Assembly: GCA_937124965.1 (NCBI GenBank)
Contig: CAKZLB010000067.1
Span: forward strand, 171,455-235,454
DNA from: an uncultured Bacteroidota bacterium
GTDB lineage: Bacteria; Bacteroidota; Bacteroidia; NS11-12g; UBA9320
Reading direction: 5' to 3'
DNA: 64,000 nt
Each line of letters opens with the position of its first letter. Position 1 is the stretch's first letter. The notes under the pieces were generated by a model. The model ran no database searches. It saw nothing but the letters and a program-made list of their open reading frames with translations, and had not been told where the DNA came from. Of the stretch, positions 27,368-36,689 are shown in pieces. Both the position numbers and the translations under genes were made by a program.

Positions 27368-28606
27368 ATGAAATCCACCATAACCAAAATTTCCCTTAAG
27401 ACGTTATTGCTTCTAGTGTTGGCTTTTAGTGGATTTGTTGCATTCGGTCAGAAGGGAAACGTAAGGAAGGTACAACAGTTTTCGCGTGTATATTATCAAT
27501 ACCCGATGCAGTTTTTGCGAAATGGTATAAAGTCAATGGTTGAATTCAATATGGATGAGCGTTACATCCTTGGAGTTCAAGTTCAAAGTTCATATAGTTT
27601 CTATCCCCTTTTTTACGATGAGCCAGGAACATCAACTGGTGGCGGATTGAGCGTAAATATTTATCCAAATTATTTCGTAGACAACAACATCAAACTGGTT
27701 TACAAAAATTATGTCGGGAACTATGGTTATAGTTTTCACGGCTACTATGTAGGGTTGTTTGCGCAAAGAGGAAATGTCCGAGAAGCTTTTCAATCACAGT
27801 TAGCTGCAAATTTTAGAAAAACCCTAATTACTAATAATTATAAGTACAACAGATTCGGTATTATCACTGGTAGGCAATGGACACTTTATAATGTGGGAGT
27901 TTTAGACTTTAATATTGGCTTGGGGTATAACCAAATGGATATGAACGCCGAACGCCAATATACTCCAGTAGCTCCATTCGATATCAAACAGAACTCGGCG
28001 TATTTTACGTCAAATATTGCGTTGGGTATTGGTAAGTGGACAGAAGATCAACGGTTGCCAAAATTACCAACGTTAAAAGACTCTTTAATCCTAAATTATG
28101 GCTTACTTCTCGACTTTAACGCCATTATAAATTCGGGAATTGAATTAAACATTTTACATCATAATCGTAAAAAGCATTTGCTTAGAAATTATCTAAGAAT
28201 ACGACGGTTTTCTGATGATGGAATTAATATTACTAGTGCAGATAGCTTCAATTCAGTGATGATTGGAATGCAGTATCGTCACTACCCAACAGCAAGTTTA
28301 TATAGAAGTGGTGTGTATTTTGCCGGAGGTTACGCCTACGAACATAGTAACTATGTATTCAATGAGTCGTTTGATGGAGAATCAACAAAAAAAATACAAT
28401 TTGACCCGCATACGTTAGATTTTACAGTTGGATTCACAACCATTATTGATCATCGATTTATGCTCGATTTTTATGTGTCGAATATGTTAACTCTTTCAAA
28501 AGGGAAAGGCAAAGAAACATATCCGCGAATTAATGATGCAACTGGATTTAGAAGTGAGGTAGGGTTTAAGCTAGGTTTAGCAAAGTTTTTTAAAAAATGG
28601 AATTAA
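27368..28606 (+). CDS. Hypothetical secreted / outer-membrane beta-rich protein
   Basis: It has the signal peptide (LLLVLAFSGFVAFGQ). Composition is Tyr/Gly/Asn-rich with alternating hydrophobic residues. I recognise no family. Confidence 0.45.
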   Translation: MKSTITKISLKTLLLLVLAFSGFVAFGQKGNVRKVQQFSRVYYQYPMQFLRNGIKSMVEFNMDERYILGVQVQSSYSFYPLFYDEPGTSTGGGLSVNIYPNYFVDNNIKLVYKNYVGNYGYSFHGYYVGLFAQRGNVREAFQSQLAANFRKTLITNNYKYNRFGIITGRQWTLYNVGVLDFNIGLGYNQMDMNAERQYTPVAPFDIKQNSAYFTSNIALGIGKWTEDQRLPKLPTLKDSLILNYGLLLDFNAIINSGIELNILHHNRKKHLLRNYLRIRRFSDDGINITSADSFNSVMIGMQYRHYPTASLYRSGVYFAGGYAYEHSNYVFNESFDGESTKKIQFDPHTLDFTVGFTTIIDHRFMLDFYVSNMLTLSKGKGKETYPRINDATGFRSEVGFKLGLAKFFKKWN

Positions 28607-29295
28607 AGAATAAAATTTGTGTGGTTACGGGAGTAAGCAGAGGTATCGGCAAGGCGCTTGTTACTCAGTTACTCGAACAAGGTGCTTATGTTGTTGGTAT
28701 GGGAAGAACCCAACCAACCATTGAACATAAAGACTTTTTATTTCTTGAAACCAATGTTCGAAGTTATGATTCAGTGACAAGTTCTTTTGAAAGGCTTTTT
28801 ACCGAAAAAGGTAAACACGTCGATGTTTTGATAAACAATGCCGGCTTGGGCTACTTTGGGTATATAGAAGATCACACGTTAGAGCAGTGGCATGAAATGT
28901 ATGAAACCAATGTTAACGGGATTTTTTATACATCCAGAATTACAGTCCCTATCATGAAAAATCAAGGCAAAGGACATATTGTTAATATTGCTTCTACAGC
29001 CGGAATTGAAGGATACCCTCAAGTGTCTGGATACTGTGGGACAAAATTTGCTGTTAAAGGCATCTCAGAGTCAATGTACAAGGAGATGAGAGATTTTGGA
29101 GTAAAGGTTACATGTATCTATCCTGGTTCTGTTAAAACGGATTTCTTTAAGAATTCAGCAATTGACCCTCATGACTACATGCTTATGCCTGAAGATGTGG
29201 CGAAAATGATCGTTTATAGTTTAGAAACACCTGATAATTTTCACCAAGTCAATGTGGAAGTTAGGCCTTTACAGCCAAGAGGTCCTAAAAAATAG
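28597..29295 (+). CDS. Short-chain dehydrogenase/reductase (SDR)
   Basis: It has the cofactor motif TGVSRGIGKA, NNAG, and the catalytic S...YCGTKFAVKG (YxxxK). Confidence 0.88.
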   Translation: MELKNKICVVTGVSRGIGKALVTQLLEQGAYVVGMGRTQPTIEHKDFLFLETNVRSYDSVTSSFERLFTEKGKHVDVLINNAGLGYFGYIEDHTLEQWHEMYETNVNGIFYTSRITVPIMKNQGKGHIVNIASTAGIEGYPQVSGYCGTKFAVKGISESMYKEMRDFGVKVTCIYPGSVKTDFFKNSAIDPHDYMLMPEDVAKMIVYSLETPDNFHQVNVEVRPLQPRGPKK

Positions 29296-29296
29296 T

Positions 29297-30457
29297 TTAG
29301 TACAACTCAATTACTTCCGTGATATTTTTTAAGGCTATTCCTGGGTCACCGACATTGTATCCAATACCTGTAGGCTCACATACCATGTATAGCTTTTGTC
29401 CATATTTAAAGGAGTAAGTGATTTCTCTATTCGGAATTTCAACGCCTAAACACACATGTTTTTCTTTTTCAAAATGCAGAATAACACTGTTAAATCCAAG
29501 TAGGTTTTTATACAAAAATGCTAACAAAAGCGTTCTGTCTTCACAGTCTGAATATGAACTACTAACTGTTTCTTCAGGGAAATTGTATTTTTCAAATCCA
29601 TATTGCTCACCATCAGTCTTATAGTGAAACGCCGTTTGAACAAATTTTAAGAGAAAATTAGATTTTTGCGAATTTGACGACATTCCATCTAAATAAGTTT
29701 TTAGCGGATCAATAACAGATTTTTTAAACTCTTTGGAGTGATTCATTTTAACATACTCCCCGCCAAGTTTGAATTGTGGTAAGTCCTTAAGGTATTCGTT
29801 AAATGAAATGTTTTCAATTGCCTTTAAGTGGTAGAACTTCCCTTGAAATTCCCATGATAAATATTTCGTTGCTTGTTTAGCATTGATAGCTGGAGCATTT
29901 CCTGTAAAGTGAATTGGCTTGTTTATCGAATTACCAATGGTGGAGTTGTTGGTGTAAACGAACCGAGTTCCTTCAGTCTTAAAGTCATTAAATGTTAAAT
30001 TAGTATACCGCTTGCCTTTGTAAACAATATAAACCGAAGCAGCGGGTTTTTCGTCTAAGTAACCAAAGCATGTAATGCTTTTTCTGGTGTAGGTTAGTTG
30101 AACATCGAATTCAAGTTGGTTAAGAATTCTATATAATACGATGTTCTGGGTGTTTGTAAAAGGCGAAACAGAGGATGAGATTTTTTTTGCAAGTAAGACA
30201 GTGCCTAACCCATCTAATTCTAATTCATTTTTAACCTGATTGATTTGGTTAATCAAAGTGGCGATGTCAACCTTTTTTGCTGTGACGCTAGCTTGGTGAA
30301 TAGATTGTTTTGTAATGGTAGTAGGTGACTTGATGACTCTTAAAGTGTTTATAGAAAAATCAATTTCGTGACCGTAAAAATCGACTGTCGCACCAATTGC
30401 AAATTGGCTGATGGCAAGAAGCCATATAAATGCGATATGTTTAAGGTGTAACTTCAT
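29297..30457 (-). CDS. Hypothetical secreted protein with a possible transglutaminase-like Cys-His-Asp/Glu core
   Basis: The ORF track start at 30460 is TTG; the adjacent ATG is at 30457. It has a signal peptide. The C-terminal SDCEDRTLLLAFLYKNLLGF...KHVCLGVEI...MVCEPTG matches the C/H/acid spacing of transglutaminase-fold proteins. This is a weak call. Confidence 0.4.
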   Translation of the reverse strand: MKLHLKHIAFIWLLAISQFAIGATVDFYGHEIDFSINTLRVIKSPTTITKQSIHQASVTAKKVDIATLINQINQVKNELELDGLGTVLLAKKISSSVSPFTNTQNIVLYRILNQLEFDVQLTYTRKSITCFGYLDEKPAASVYIVYKGKRYTNLTFNDFKTEGTRFVYTNNSTIGNSINKPIHFTGNAPAINAKQATKYLSWEFQGKFYHLKAIENISFNEYLKDLPQFKLGGEYVKMNHSKEFKKSVIDPLKTYLDGMSSNSQKSNFLLKFVQTAFHYKTDGEQYGFEKYNFPEETVSSSYSDCEDRTLLLAFLYKNLLGFNSVILHFEKEKHVCLGVEIPNREITYSFKYGQKLYMVCEPTGIGYNVGDPGIALKNITEVIELY

Positions 30458-30491
30458 CAAGGTATTAAGTAGAACTACACTTACCGAAGTT

Positions 30492-31109
30492 TTAGTGTGT
30501 CACTCTTTCCCATAGAGAGGCAAATACCATTCCGTGAAAATAATTTTTTGATGTAACTTTTTTATAATCAGTAGCTTGCATGATAGGAGTTATGTTGACA
30601 ATAATTTGAAGGTGGTGCTTAGTTGTAATACGAAAGAAGACAATGACTGTCCTTAATAATAGTTTTTTCCAACGAGCATCTAACAATTCTTCGGGGTAGA
30701 AATCAGAAATGTGAATACGTCCATGATGGTTAAGAGCCTGAGTGCACTTCCGAATTACTTCCTCTAATTCCTGTGAATTAAATAAGTCTAGAACAAATGG
30801 TAAAACAATAACATCATAATCTTTTGAAGGGATAAATTCTTGAATACTACACGGATGGAATTGAACGTCGCATTGGTATGACCGCTGTTTGCTTCGATTG
30901 ATCATTGATGCACTTGGTTCAACGTAATCAATAGTGTGACTTGCAGAAAACGATTCTAGGATCTTTCCCGTTCCACCACCAACAATTAAAATACTGCTTG
31001 ACTCCTTTATGGTGTGCATGTAATGGTTACTAGCTTGATTTAATGTGTCTCCAAAAACGATGTATTTGAAAACATCATAAACAGGTGCTATAAAATTGTA
31101 ATTTGTCAA
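30492..31109 (-). CDS. Class I SAM-dependent methyltransferase
   Basis: TTG start with no nearby ATG. It has motif I ILIVGGGTGKIL, an acidic residue at the end of beta-2 (YVEPS), and YDVIVLPFVLDLF. Confidence 0.7.
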   Translation of the reverse strand: MTNYNFIAPVYDVFKYIVFGDTLNQASNHYMHTIKESSSILIVGGGTGKILESFSASHTIDYVEPSASMINRSKQRSYQCDVQFHPCSIQEFIPSKDYDVIVLPFVLDLFNSQELEEVIRKCTQALNHHGRIHISDFYPEELLDARWKKLLLRTVIVFFRITTKHHLQIIVNITPIMQATDYKKVTSKNYFHGMVFASLWERVTH

Positions 31110-31166
31110 TGTAAAAAATCAGTACAAAAAGAAAGGTTTTGAAGTATTTTTGCTTCTATAATCTCA

Positions 31167-32339
31167 ATGACAAAAGTCTCATTCGACAATACAGAAGTTG
31201 CATTCAAACATAAAACGGATGCAGAGTTGAAACAAGCTAAGTGGTTGTTTTCAGTTTTTAATTACAAAGCACTCGTGCGGTTTGGACCAGATTTAACCAG
31301 TTTTGGCTTAAAACTAGGTTTACCAATAAAAGGGTTAGTGAAAAAAACCATATTCAAGCAATTTTGCGGGGGTGAAACAATTGAAGAGTGTAATCAAGCT
31401 GCAGAAGAGCTCATGAACAGCGGAGTTGGTTCGATTTTAGATTATTCAGTTGAAGGAGTCGAGGATGAAGCAACATTTAGTGAAAATTTAAAGGAGATAA
31501 AGCGAACAATCATTGCTGCAGCAACAGAAGATAAATATCCTTTTGCAGTTTTCAAATGTACAGGCATAGGTAAATTTGATATTTTTCAAAAAGCAAGTGA
31601 AAACACCCTTTCGCAAGCAGATCAAATTTCCTTAGAAAATATCAAAACGAAACTATACGATATTGCTCAAACAGCCGTAGACAATAACGTTCGGTTATTA
31701 ATTGATGCAGAAGAAACCTGGATACAACCCATCATTGACGAGTTGGTTATGGAGTTAATGGAAAAACACAACCAGGACAAGGTATTGATATATAATACGC
31801 TTCAAATGTATCGAGTAGACAGATTAGATTACCTGAACTCAACAATAGCTATTGCACGTCAAAAGGGCTTTCAGCTTGGCTATAAACTTGTTCGTGGAGC
31901 ATACATGGAAAAAGAGCGAGAAAGAGCTGAAGATAAAGGATATCCAGACCCGATTCAACCTAACAAAGAAAGCACAGATAGAGATTTTAATGCTGCCTTA
32001 ACCGAGTGTTTCAATAACAGAGATATTGTTGCTACTTGTTTAGGAACCCATAATGAAGAAAGTTCGAAATTATTGGCAGATTTGATGAACACGGAAAACG
32101 TGTCTTTGAATGACTCACGCTTTTGGTTTGCACAGCTGTATGGCATGAGTGATAATATTTCCTTTAATCTGGCAAACAGCGGTTATAACGTCGCTAAATA
32201 CCTTCCTTACGGTCCAGTGAGTGCTGTGCTGCCTTACTTAGGTCGAAGAGCTCAGGAAAATAGTTCTGTTGCCGGCCAAGTAGGAAGAGAAATGTCTTTA
32301 ATTGTTAAAGAGTTAAGACGCAGGAAGACTGCTGATTGA
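31167..32339 (+). CDS. Proline dehydrogenase (monofunctional PutA-type)
   Basis: Motifs seen: ILDYSVEG, LLIDAEETWIQ, NTLQMYR, LVRGAYME, QLYGMSD and YLPYGPV..VLPYLGRRAQENSS. These are typical of the proline dehydrogenase TIM barrel. Confidence 0.85.
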   Translation: MTKVSFDNTEVAFKHKTDAELKQAKWLFSVFNYKALVRFGPDLTSFGLKLGLPIKGLVKKTIFKQFCGGETIEECNQAAEELMNSGVGSILDYSVEGVEDEATFSENLKEIKRTIIAAATEDKYPFAVFKCTGIGKFDIFQKASENTLSQADQISLENIKTKLYDIAQTAVDNNVRLLIDAEETWIQPIIDELVMELMEKHNQDKVLIYNTLQMYRVDRLDYLNSTIAIARQKGFQLGYKLVRGAYMEKERERAEDKGYPDPIQPNKESTDRDFNAALTECFNNRDIVATCLGTHNEESSKLLADLMNTENVSLNDSRFWFAQLYGMSDNISFNLANSGYNVAKYLPYGPVSAVLPYLGRRAQENSSVAGQVGREMSLIVKELRRRKTAD

Positions 32340-32349
32340 CACTTGATGT

Positions 32350-33582
32350 TTACCCTAAACTGGCCAGAAAATCTGCAACCACAAAAGTGCTTCCTCCAAC
32401 ATAAATTAAATCATTCTTATTAGCTGCGTTTTTTGCTGTATGATACGCCTTTTCAACGGTAGAATAGGACTGCCCATTTAAGTTAAATTGTACTGCTTGT
32501 TCGAGTAGTTCTTTTTCATCTAATCCACGAATTACACTAGGTTTAGTGAAATAGTATGTGGCATTTTTTGGAAGAAGGGAAAGGATATTTTTGTAATCTT
32601 TTCCTACAACCTGCCCAAATACAATATGTAACTTCTGGAACGATTCATTAGTTAATTGTTTTACAATTTGTTGAATTCCTTCGGTGTTGTGACCTGTATC
32701 ACAAATCACTCTTGGATTATGTTGGATGAGCTGCCATCTTCCCATTAAACCCGTATTACGCGCAACGTTCAATAGTCCTCGTTGGATCGCGTTTTCTGTA
32801 AGGTCATAACCAAGTTGCTTCAATGCATGACATGAAGCAATTACTGTTTTAATATTTGCCTTTTGGTAGTAACCTTTCAAATCTGACGCATACAAACTCT
32901 CACCAAGTGTATCCTCAGCAAACATAATGTCAGCCTCACATTCATTAGCCTTTTTAGTAAAGACTTCTGTTGTCTCATTATGTCTTTCGCCAATAACAAC
33001 TGGTGTATTTGGTTTAATAATTCCAGCTTTTTCAAAGGCAATTTCTGCCAATGTCTCACCTAACATGTCCATATGATCGTAGCCAATATTGGTAATTATA
33101 CTGAGTTCAGGGTGAATAATATTGGTGCTGTCTAGTCTGCCTCCTAGACCAGTTTCTATGATGGCAATTTCTATTTCCTGTTTTGAAAAATACTGAAATG
33201 CCATGGCTACAGTGATTTCAAAAAACGAGGGCTTGATTGTTTGTAAATGTGGTTCGATTTCTTTAACAAAGCGGATGACAAATTCTTCCGAAACACATAC
33301 ACCGTTAACACGTATACGCTCCCTGAAATCAATTAAGTGCGGAGAAGTGTATAATCCAGTCTTGTAACCCGCTGTTTGAAAGATTGACGCCAGCATATGC
33401 GAAACACTTCCCTTACCATTAGTTCCCGCAACATGGACACATTTTAATGAACGATGCGGATTTCCTAATGCATCACACAATGCGATAATGTTAGTAAGAT
33501 CTTTCTTGAAAGCAGATGTTCCGAATCGCTGATACATTGGCAGCTGCGAGAACAAAAAGTCGAGGGTTTGACTGTAGTTCAA
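32350..33582 (-). CDS. folC: Bifunctional folylpolyglutamate synthase / dihydrofolate synthase
   Basis: It has the P-loop HVAGTNGKGSV and Mur-ligase-fold motifs (TSPHL, ETGLGGRLD). The ORF track start at 33624 is TTG and overlaps the upstream gene by 37 nt. The in-frame TTG at 33582 gives the family-typical N-terminus (M)NYSQTLDFLFSQLPMYQRFG and removes the overlap. Confidence 0.85.
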   Translation of the reverse strand: MNYSQTLDFLFSQLPMYQRFGTSAFKKDLTNIIALCDALGNPHRSLKCVHVAGTNGKGSVSHMLASIFQTAGYKTGLYTSPHLIDFRERIRVNGVCVSEEFVIRFVKEIEPHLQTIKPSFFEITVAMAFQYFSKQEIEIAIIETGLGGRLDSTNIIHPELSIITNIGYDHMDMLGETLAEIAFEKAGIIKPNTPVVIGERHNETTEVFTKKANECEADIMFAEDTLGESLYASDLKGYYQKANIKTVIASCHALKQLGYDLTENAIQRGLLNVARNTGLMGRWQLIQHNPRVICDTGHNTEGIQQIVKQLTNESFQKLHIVFGQVVGKDYKNILSLLPKNATYYFTKPSVIRGLDEKELLEQAVQFNLNGQSYSTVEKAYHTAKNAANKNDLIYVGGSTFVVADFLASLG

Positions 33583-33587
33583 CGTAT

Positions 33588-34376
33588 TTAGTGAAGCGTG
33601 TAGTTGATTGTGATTGTCCCACAATTGCTATTTTCTTGTTCTCCCATAGGTTGAAAAGTAAATAGATTCATTGATTTGAGTGTTAGTTCTCTAAGGTATT
33701 GACTACCAGTACTTTTTTTGACGCGAACGCTACCAGGAAGAAAATTACCACTTTTATCTAAACAAAATTCAACGGTAACTGACCCATCATCTTTTCTTTC
33801 ATTAATTATATCACCGTTTTGTGTGATTCCAAAACCTGTCAAGTTATAACTTACCCCGTTGCCTAGTCCAGTGGACTGACCTCCAGGTCCTTTTTTCGTT
33901 TCAGTAGGCTTTCCTTTGGGCCCTTTTTTGGGACCATCTCCTGTGCTAGTAGTTTTGTTACTGTTATTCTTTTTGAACCTGTTCAGAGCATCCTGCATTT
34001 CTTTTGAAATGGTAGGTTCTTGTTTAACTGGTTCTTTTACGGGTTCTGTTGTTTGAGACTTTGGAGTTGATTTAGCAGTATTTTCCACTTCTGGTTGATC
34101 AACATCATCGTTAGTAACCATCGGGTTATCCGTTTCTGATTTCGACTCACTTGGATTGCTAGGCGGTGGTTGACTTGTTTGAGGAGTTGATACTTGAGAA
34201 ATACTTTCTGGACCACCAGCGTTAGGGTCTCCAAAACTTACTTCAACTCCACCTTCTGGCTCTTCCATGTCTTTTGCTTCTCCCATTACCCAAATAAGCA
34301 TCAATAAAAATATGATACTATGAATCAGAACGGTGGCAACCATTCCTTTTCTATCGTGATCATGAGTTAAATCCAT
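33588..34376 (-). CDS. TonB-like energy transducer
   Basis: It has an N-terminal TM anchor (VATVLIHSIIFLLMLIW), a long Pro/Ser/Thr/Glu-rich linker and a short C-terminal beta domain. It lies directly downstream of exbB-exbD. Confidence 0.7.
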   Translation of the reverse strand: MDLTHDHDRKGMVATVLIHSIIFLLMLIWVMGEAKDMEEPEGGVEVSFGDPNAGGPESISQVSTPQTSQPPPSNPSESKSETDNPMVTNDDVDQPEVENTAKSTPKSQTTEPVKEPVKQEPTISKEMQDALNRFKKNNSNKTTSTGDGPKKGPKGKPTETKKGPGGQSTGLGNGVSYNLTGFGITQNGDIINERKDDGSVTVEFCLDKSGNFLPGSVRVKKSTGSQYLRELTLKSMNLFTFQPMGEQENSNCGTITINYTLH

Positions 34377-34381
34377 AACAT

Positions 34382-34783
34382 TTATTTTTTAGTAACAGGT
34401 TTCAATGCCAGTACGGGTTTACCACCCATTTCATTTACCATATAAACCAATTCCATAACCTTTTCGTAGTTTACACGTTTGTCTCCATGAATTGACACTG
34501 TTGCACCTGGATTTGTCATTAATGCTTCATTGAGTGCAATAGGTAAACGGTCAAGTAACACTTTTTCATTATCGATGGAATATTCTAGTTCATTGCTGAC
34601 TTCGATCCTGATGGTTTGCTTTACCGTTGTAGACTTTGAACCTTTAGGAAGTAATACTTTCAAAATAGGTTCAGGAGTAAACTTTGAAGTGATAATGAAA
34701 AATATTAAAAGCAAGAAAATAATATCCGTCATAGACGACATATTAAATTCTGCGGCAACTTTATTTCTTCGTTTCAATTTCAT
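34382..34783 (-). CDS. exbD: Biopolymer transport protein ExbD/TolR
   Basis: 133 aa, with NMSSMTDIIFLLLIFFI carrying the conserved Asp in the TM helix, and a periplasmic domain of typical size. Confidence 0.85.
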   Translation of the reverse strand: MKLKRRNKVAAEFNMSSMTDIIFLLLIFFIITSKFTPEPILKVLLPKGSKSTTVKQTIRIEVSNELEYSIDNEKVLLDRLPIALNEALMTNPGATVSIHGDKRVNYEKVMELVYMVNEMGGKPVLALKPVTKK

Positions 34784-34807
34784 AACAACTTCTTATTCAT
34801 TAACGGA

Positions 34808-35503
34808 TTACGAAGCAGGTTCGTGTAAAATATCTAAGAATTCCATTGAAGTTGACTCCATTCTATAAATTACTTTATCAATCATGGCTGTCAAGGAGTT
34901 GTATGAAATGTATGCTATAATTCCAACTATTAATCCACCAACAGTGGTTACCATCGCTTCATATATACCACCTGATAAGGAACCAACTTGTATCCCGTCG
35001 GCATTTTGAGCTAACGTATAAAAAGTCTTAATCATACCTGTTACCGTTCCTAAGAAACCAATCATTGGTGCAGCACCCGATATAGTTGCTAACAAAGGCA
35101 TGCCTTTTTCTAGCTTGGAAACTTCCAAGTTGCCAACGTTTTGAACGGCTACTTGTATATCTTGTAATGGTTTTCCAATTCGAGAAAGTCCTTTTTCCAA
35201 CATTCGAGCAATTGGAGTGTTCGTAGCTTCACATAAACTTTGAGCACCTTTAATATTCCCTTCAGTCACCATGTCTTTGATTTTCTTCATAAACATTGGG
35301 TCGTATTCTCGCGCTTTTTTAATGGTGAGATATCTTTCAACAAGCAAATACACAGCGATTACACTAAGTATTACGATTGGAATAAGCATAATTCCTCCGT
35401 TTAGCGCGATGTCTAATACGTTCATTTGCTTTTCACTTTCAACGACAAGTCCAGTTGAATCCGCAGCTTGAACGCCACTTGCTTGTAACAAAATTGATTT
35501 CAT
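34808..35503 (-). CDS. exbB: MotA/TolQ/ExbB proton channel protein
   Basis: 231 aa with three TM helices. It has the signature LATISGAAPMIGFLGTVTGMI...GGIYEAMVTTVGGLIVGI. Confidence 0.88.
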   Translation of the reverse strand: MKSILLQASGVQAADSTGLVVESEKQMNVLDIALNGGIMLIPIVILSVIAVYLLVERYLTIKKAREYDPMFMKKIKDMVTEGNIKGAQSLCEATNTPIARMLEKGLSRIGKPLQDIQVAVQNVGNLEVSKLEKGMPLLATISGAAPMIGFLGTVTGMIKTFYTLAQNADGIQVGSLSGGIYEAMVTTVGGLIVGIIAYISYNSLTAMIDKVIYRMESTSMEFLDILHEPAS

Positions 35504-35523
35504 CTATATTCTATTTTTGTTTC

Positions 35524-36666
35524 TTATTCTTGATTTTCAAAAATGAACGCTTCGCGATCATCATATCTCTTAACGATGTTTAAGAATGCTTTAGCATTAT
35601 CTTCAGAAATAAACTTTTCTAAACACAGTAGTTTTGTTCCGTTAATATTCTGCTCAAATAGCTGATATTCCTTACTTTCAAGGTTTTTTCGTTTTGCAGA
35701 TTCTTTATGAGCATCGTAGTTCTTCGCAACAGCTATGTAGTAAACTTTTTCTGTATATGGAGTATATTTAGAAGAAGTCTCGCTTGGCTCTGATCCATCT
35801 ATGTTTTCTGCAGGTTCAGTAGTTGTAATTGGTTCCTTTACTTCATAATTCTCGACTTCCACAGGTTCTTCACTTACTGCTTTTTGAATAGGTTCCTCTT
35901 CTATTTCTGCAGGAATTACTTCGTCCGTAACGTCTTCAAACTTCATTTCGTTTGTAATTGTTTCAGGAATCTCGGAATCTTCCAAATACTCAGAATCGCT
36001 TAACGAAATGTCAGGAATGATTGAAGCAGGACTATTTTTAGCGGTGTCAATTCCATTGTTGTTGACAATACCTTGATCATTAGATGTCTGCAAGAGTTGC
36101 CATAACATCACCCCAAAAATTGTCAAAATTGCAACAGACGCCGCGATTTGTGGGAAGTAGAAATTCTTTTTGACTTTTTGCGTGGCAATTGGAACTATCT
36201 TCCTTTCCTCAATTTGTTTTATAAGTACCTTTTCCTCTTCTACAACTCCAGTCAGTCTCTTAACTTTAACGTCTTGAAGACCAAAACTTCTTTTATGAAA
36301 ATTGCTTTCATCATAAGCGACAAAAACAAGCTTACCTTCTTTGTTTAGGTAAAGAGATCCTAAATGTTTGAATTCGTAATTTTTATATTTTGTTAACCTG
36401 TCTTTAAGAAACTTAACAAATAATGAAACTTCTTTTTCTGCTTGATCGTAGCTAATACTTTTTTTAGTCTGTAATGCATTTATTAACAAACCATCATTTT
36501 CAATCAAACTTTCGTTGAAAGCAACACGTTTGCGTGTAGGAGAAATCAACGAGCGAGTCTTATCAAAATCGGTCGACTTAAAATTTCCAACGAAACCACC
36601 GAAATTGGGAATGATTACACAATTTTTATCGTACAGTAACTCAGAAACTAAATCAATCAACTCCAT
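35524..36666 (-). CDS. HU-CCDC81-like N-terminal domain / TM / acidic linker / C-terminal SPOR domain protein
   Basis: The N-terminus LLYDKNCVIIPNFGGFVGNF and the second repeat EFKHLGSLYLNKEGKLVF are typical of bacterial HU_CCDC81 domains. It has a TM helix (AASVAILTIFGVMLW). The C-terminal YYIAVAKNYDAHKESAKRK...AKAFLNIVK is SPOR-like. Confidence 0.7.
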   Translation of the reverse strand: MELIDLVSELLYDKNCVIIPNFGGFVGNFKSTDFDKTRSLISPTRKRVAFNESLIENDGLLINALQTKKSISYDQAEKEVSLFVKFLKDRLTKYKNYEFKHLGSLYLNKEGKLVFVAYDESNFHKRSFGLQDVKVKRLTGVVEEEKVLIKQIEERKIVPIATQKVKKNFYFPQIAASVAILTIFGVMLWQLLQTSNDQGIVNNNGIDTAKNSPASIIPDISLSDSEYLEDSEIPETITNEMKFEDVTDEVIPAEIEEEPIQKAVSEEPVEVENYEVKEPITTTEPAENIDGSEPSETSSKYTPYTEKVYYIAVAKNYDAHKESAKRKNLESKEYQLFEQNINGTKLLCLEKFISEDNAKAFLNIVKRYDDREAFIFENQE

Positions 36667-36689
36667 ATATTTTTTCTTATTTGTTCTAC

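Noticed and set aside
33582-33624. A 37-nt coding overlap between the tonB-like gene and folC as a real or programmed feature
   Set aside because: The overlap is an artefact of taking the longest ORF, whose start at 33624 is TTG. An in-frame TTG at 33582 yields the conserved FolC N-terminus (M)NYSQTLDFLFSQLPMYQRFG and begins 5 nt after the tonB stop.
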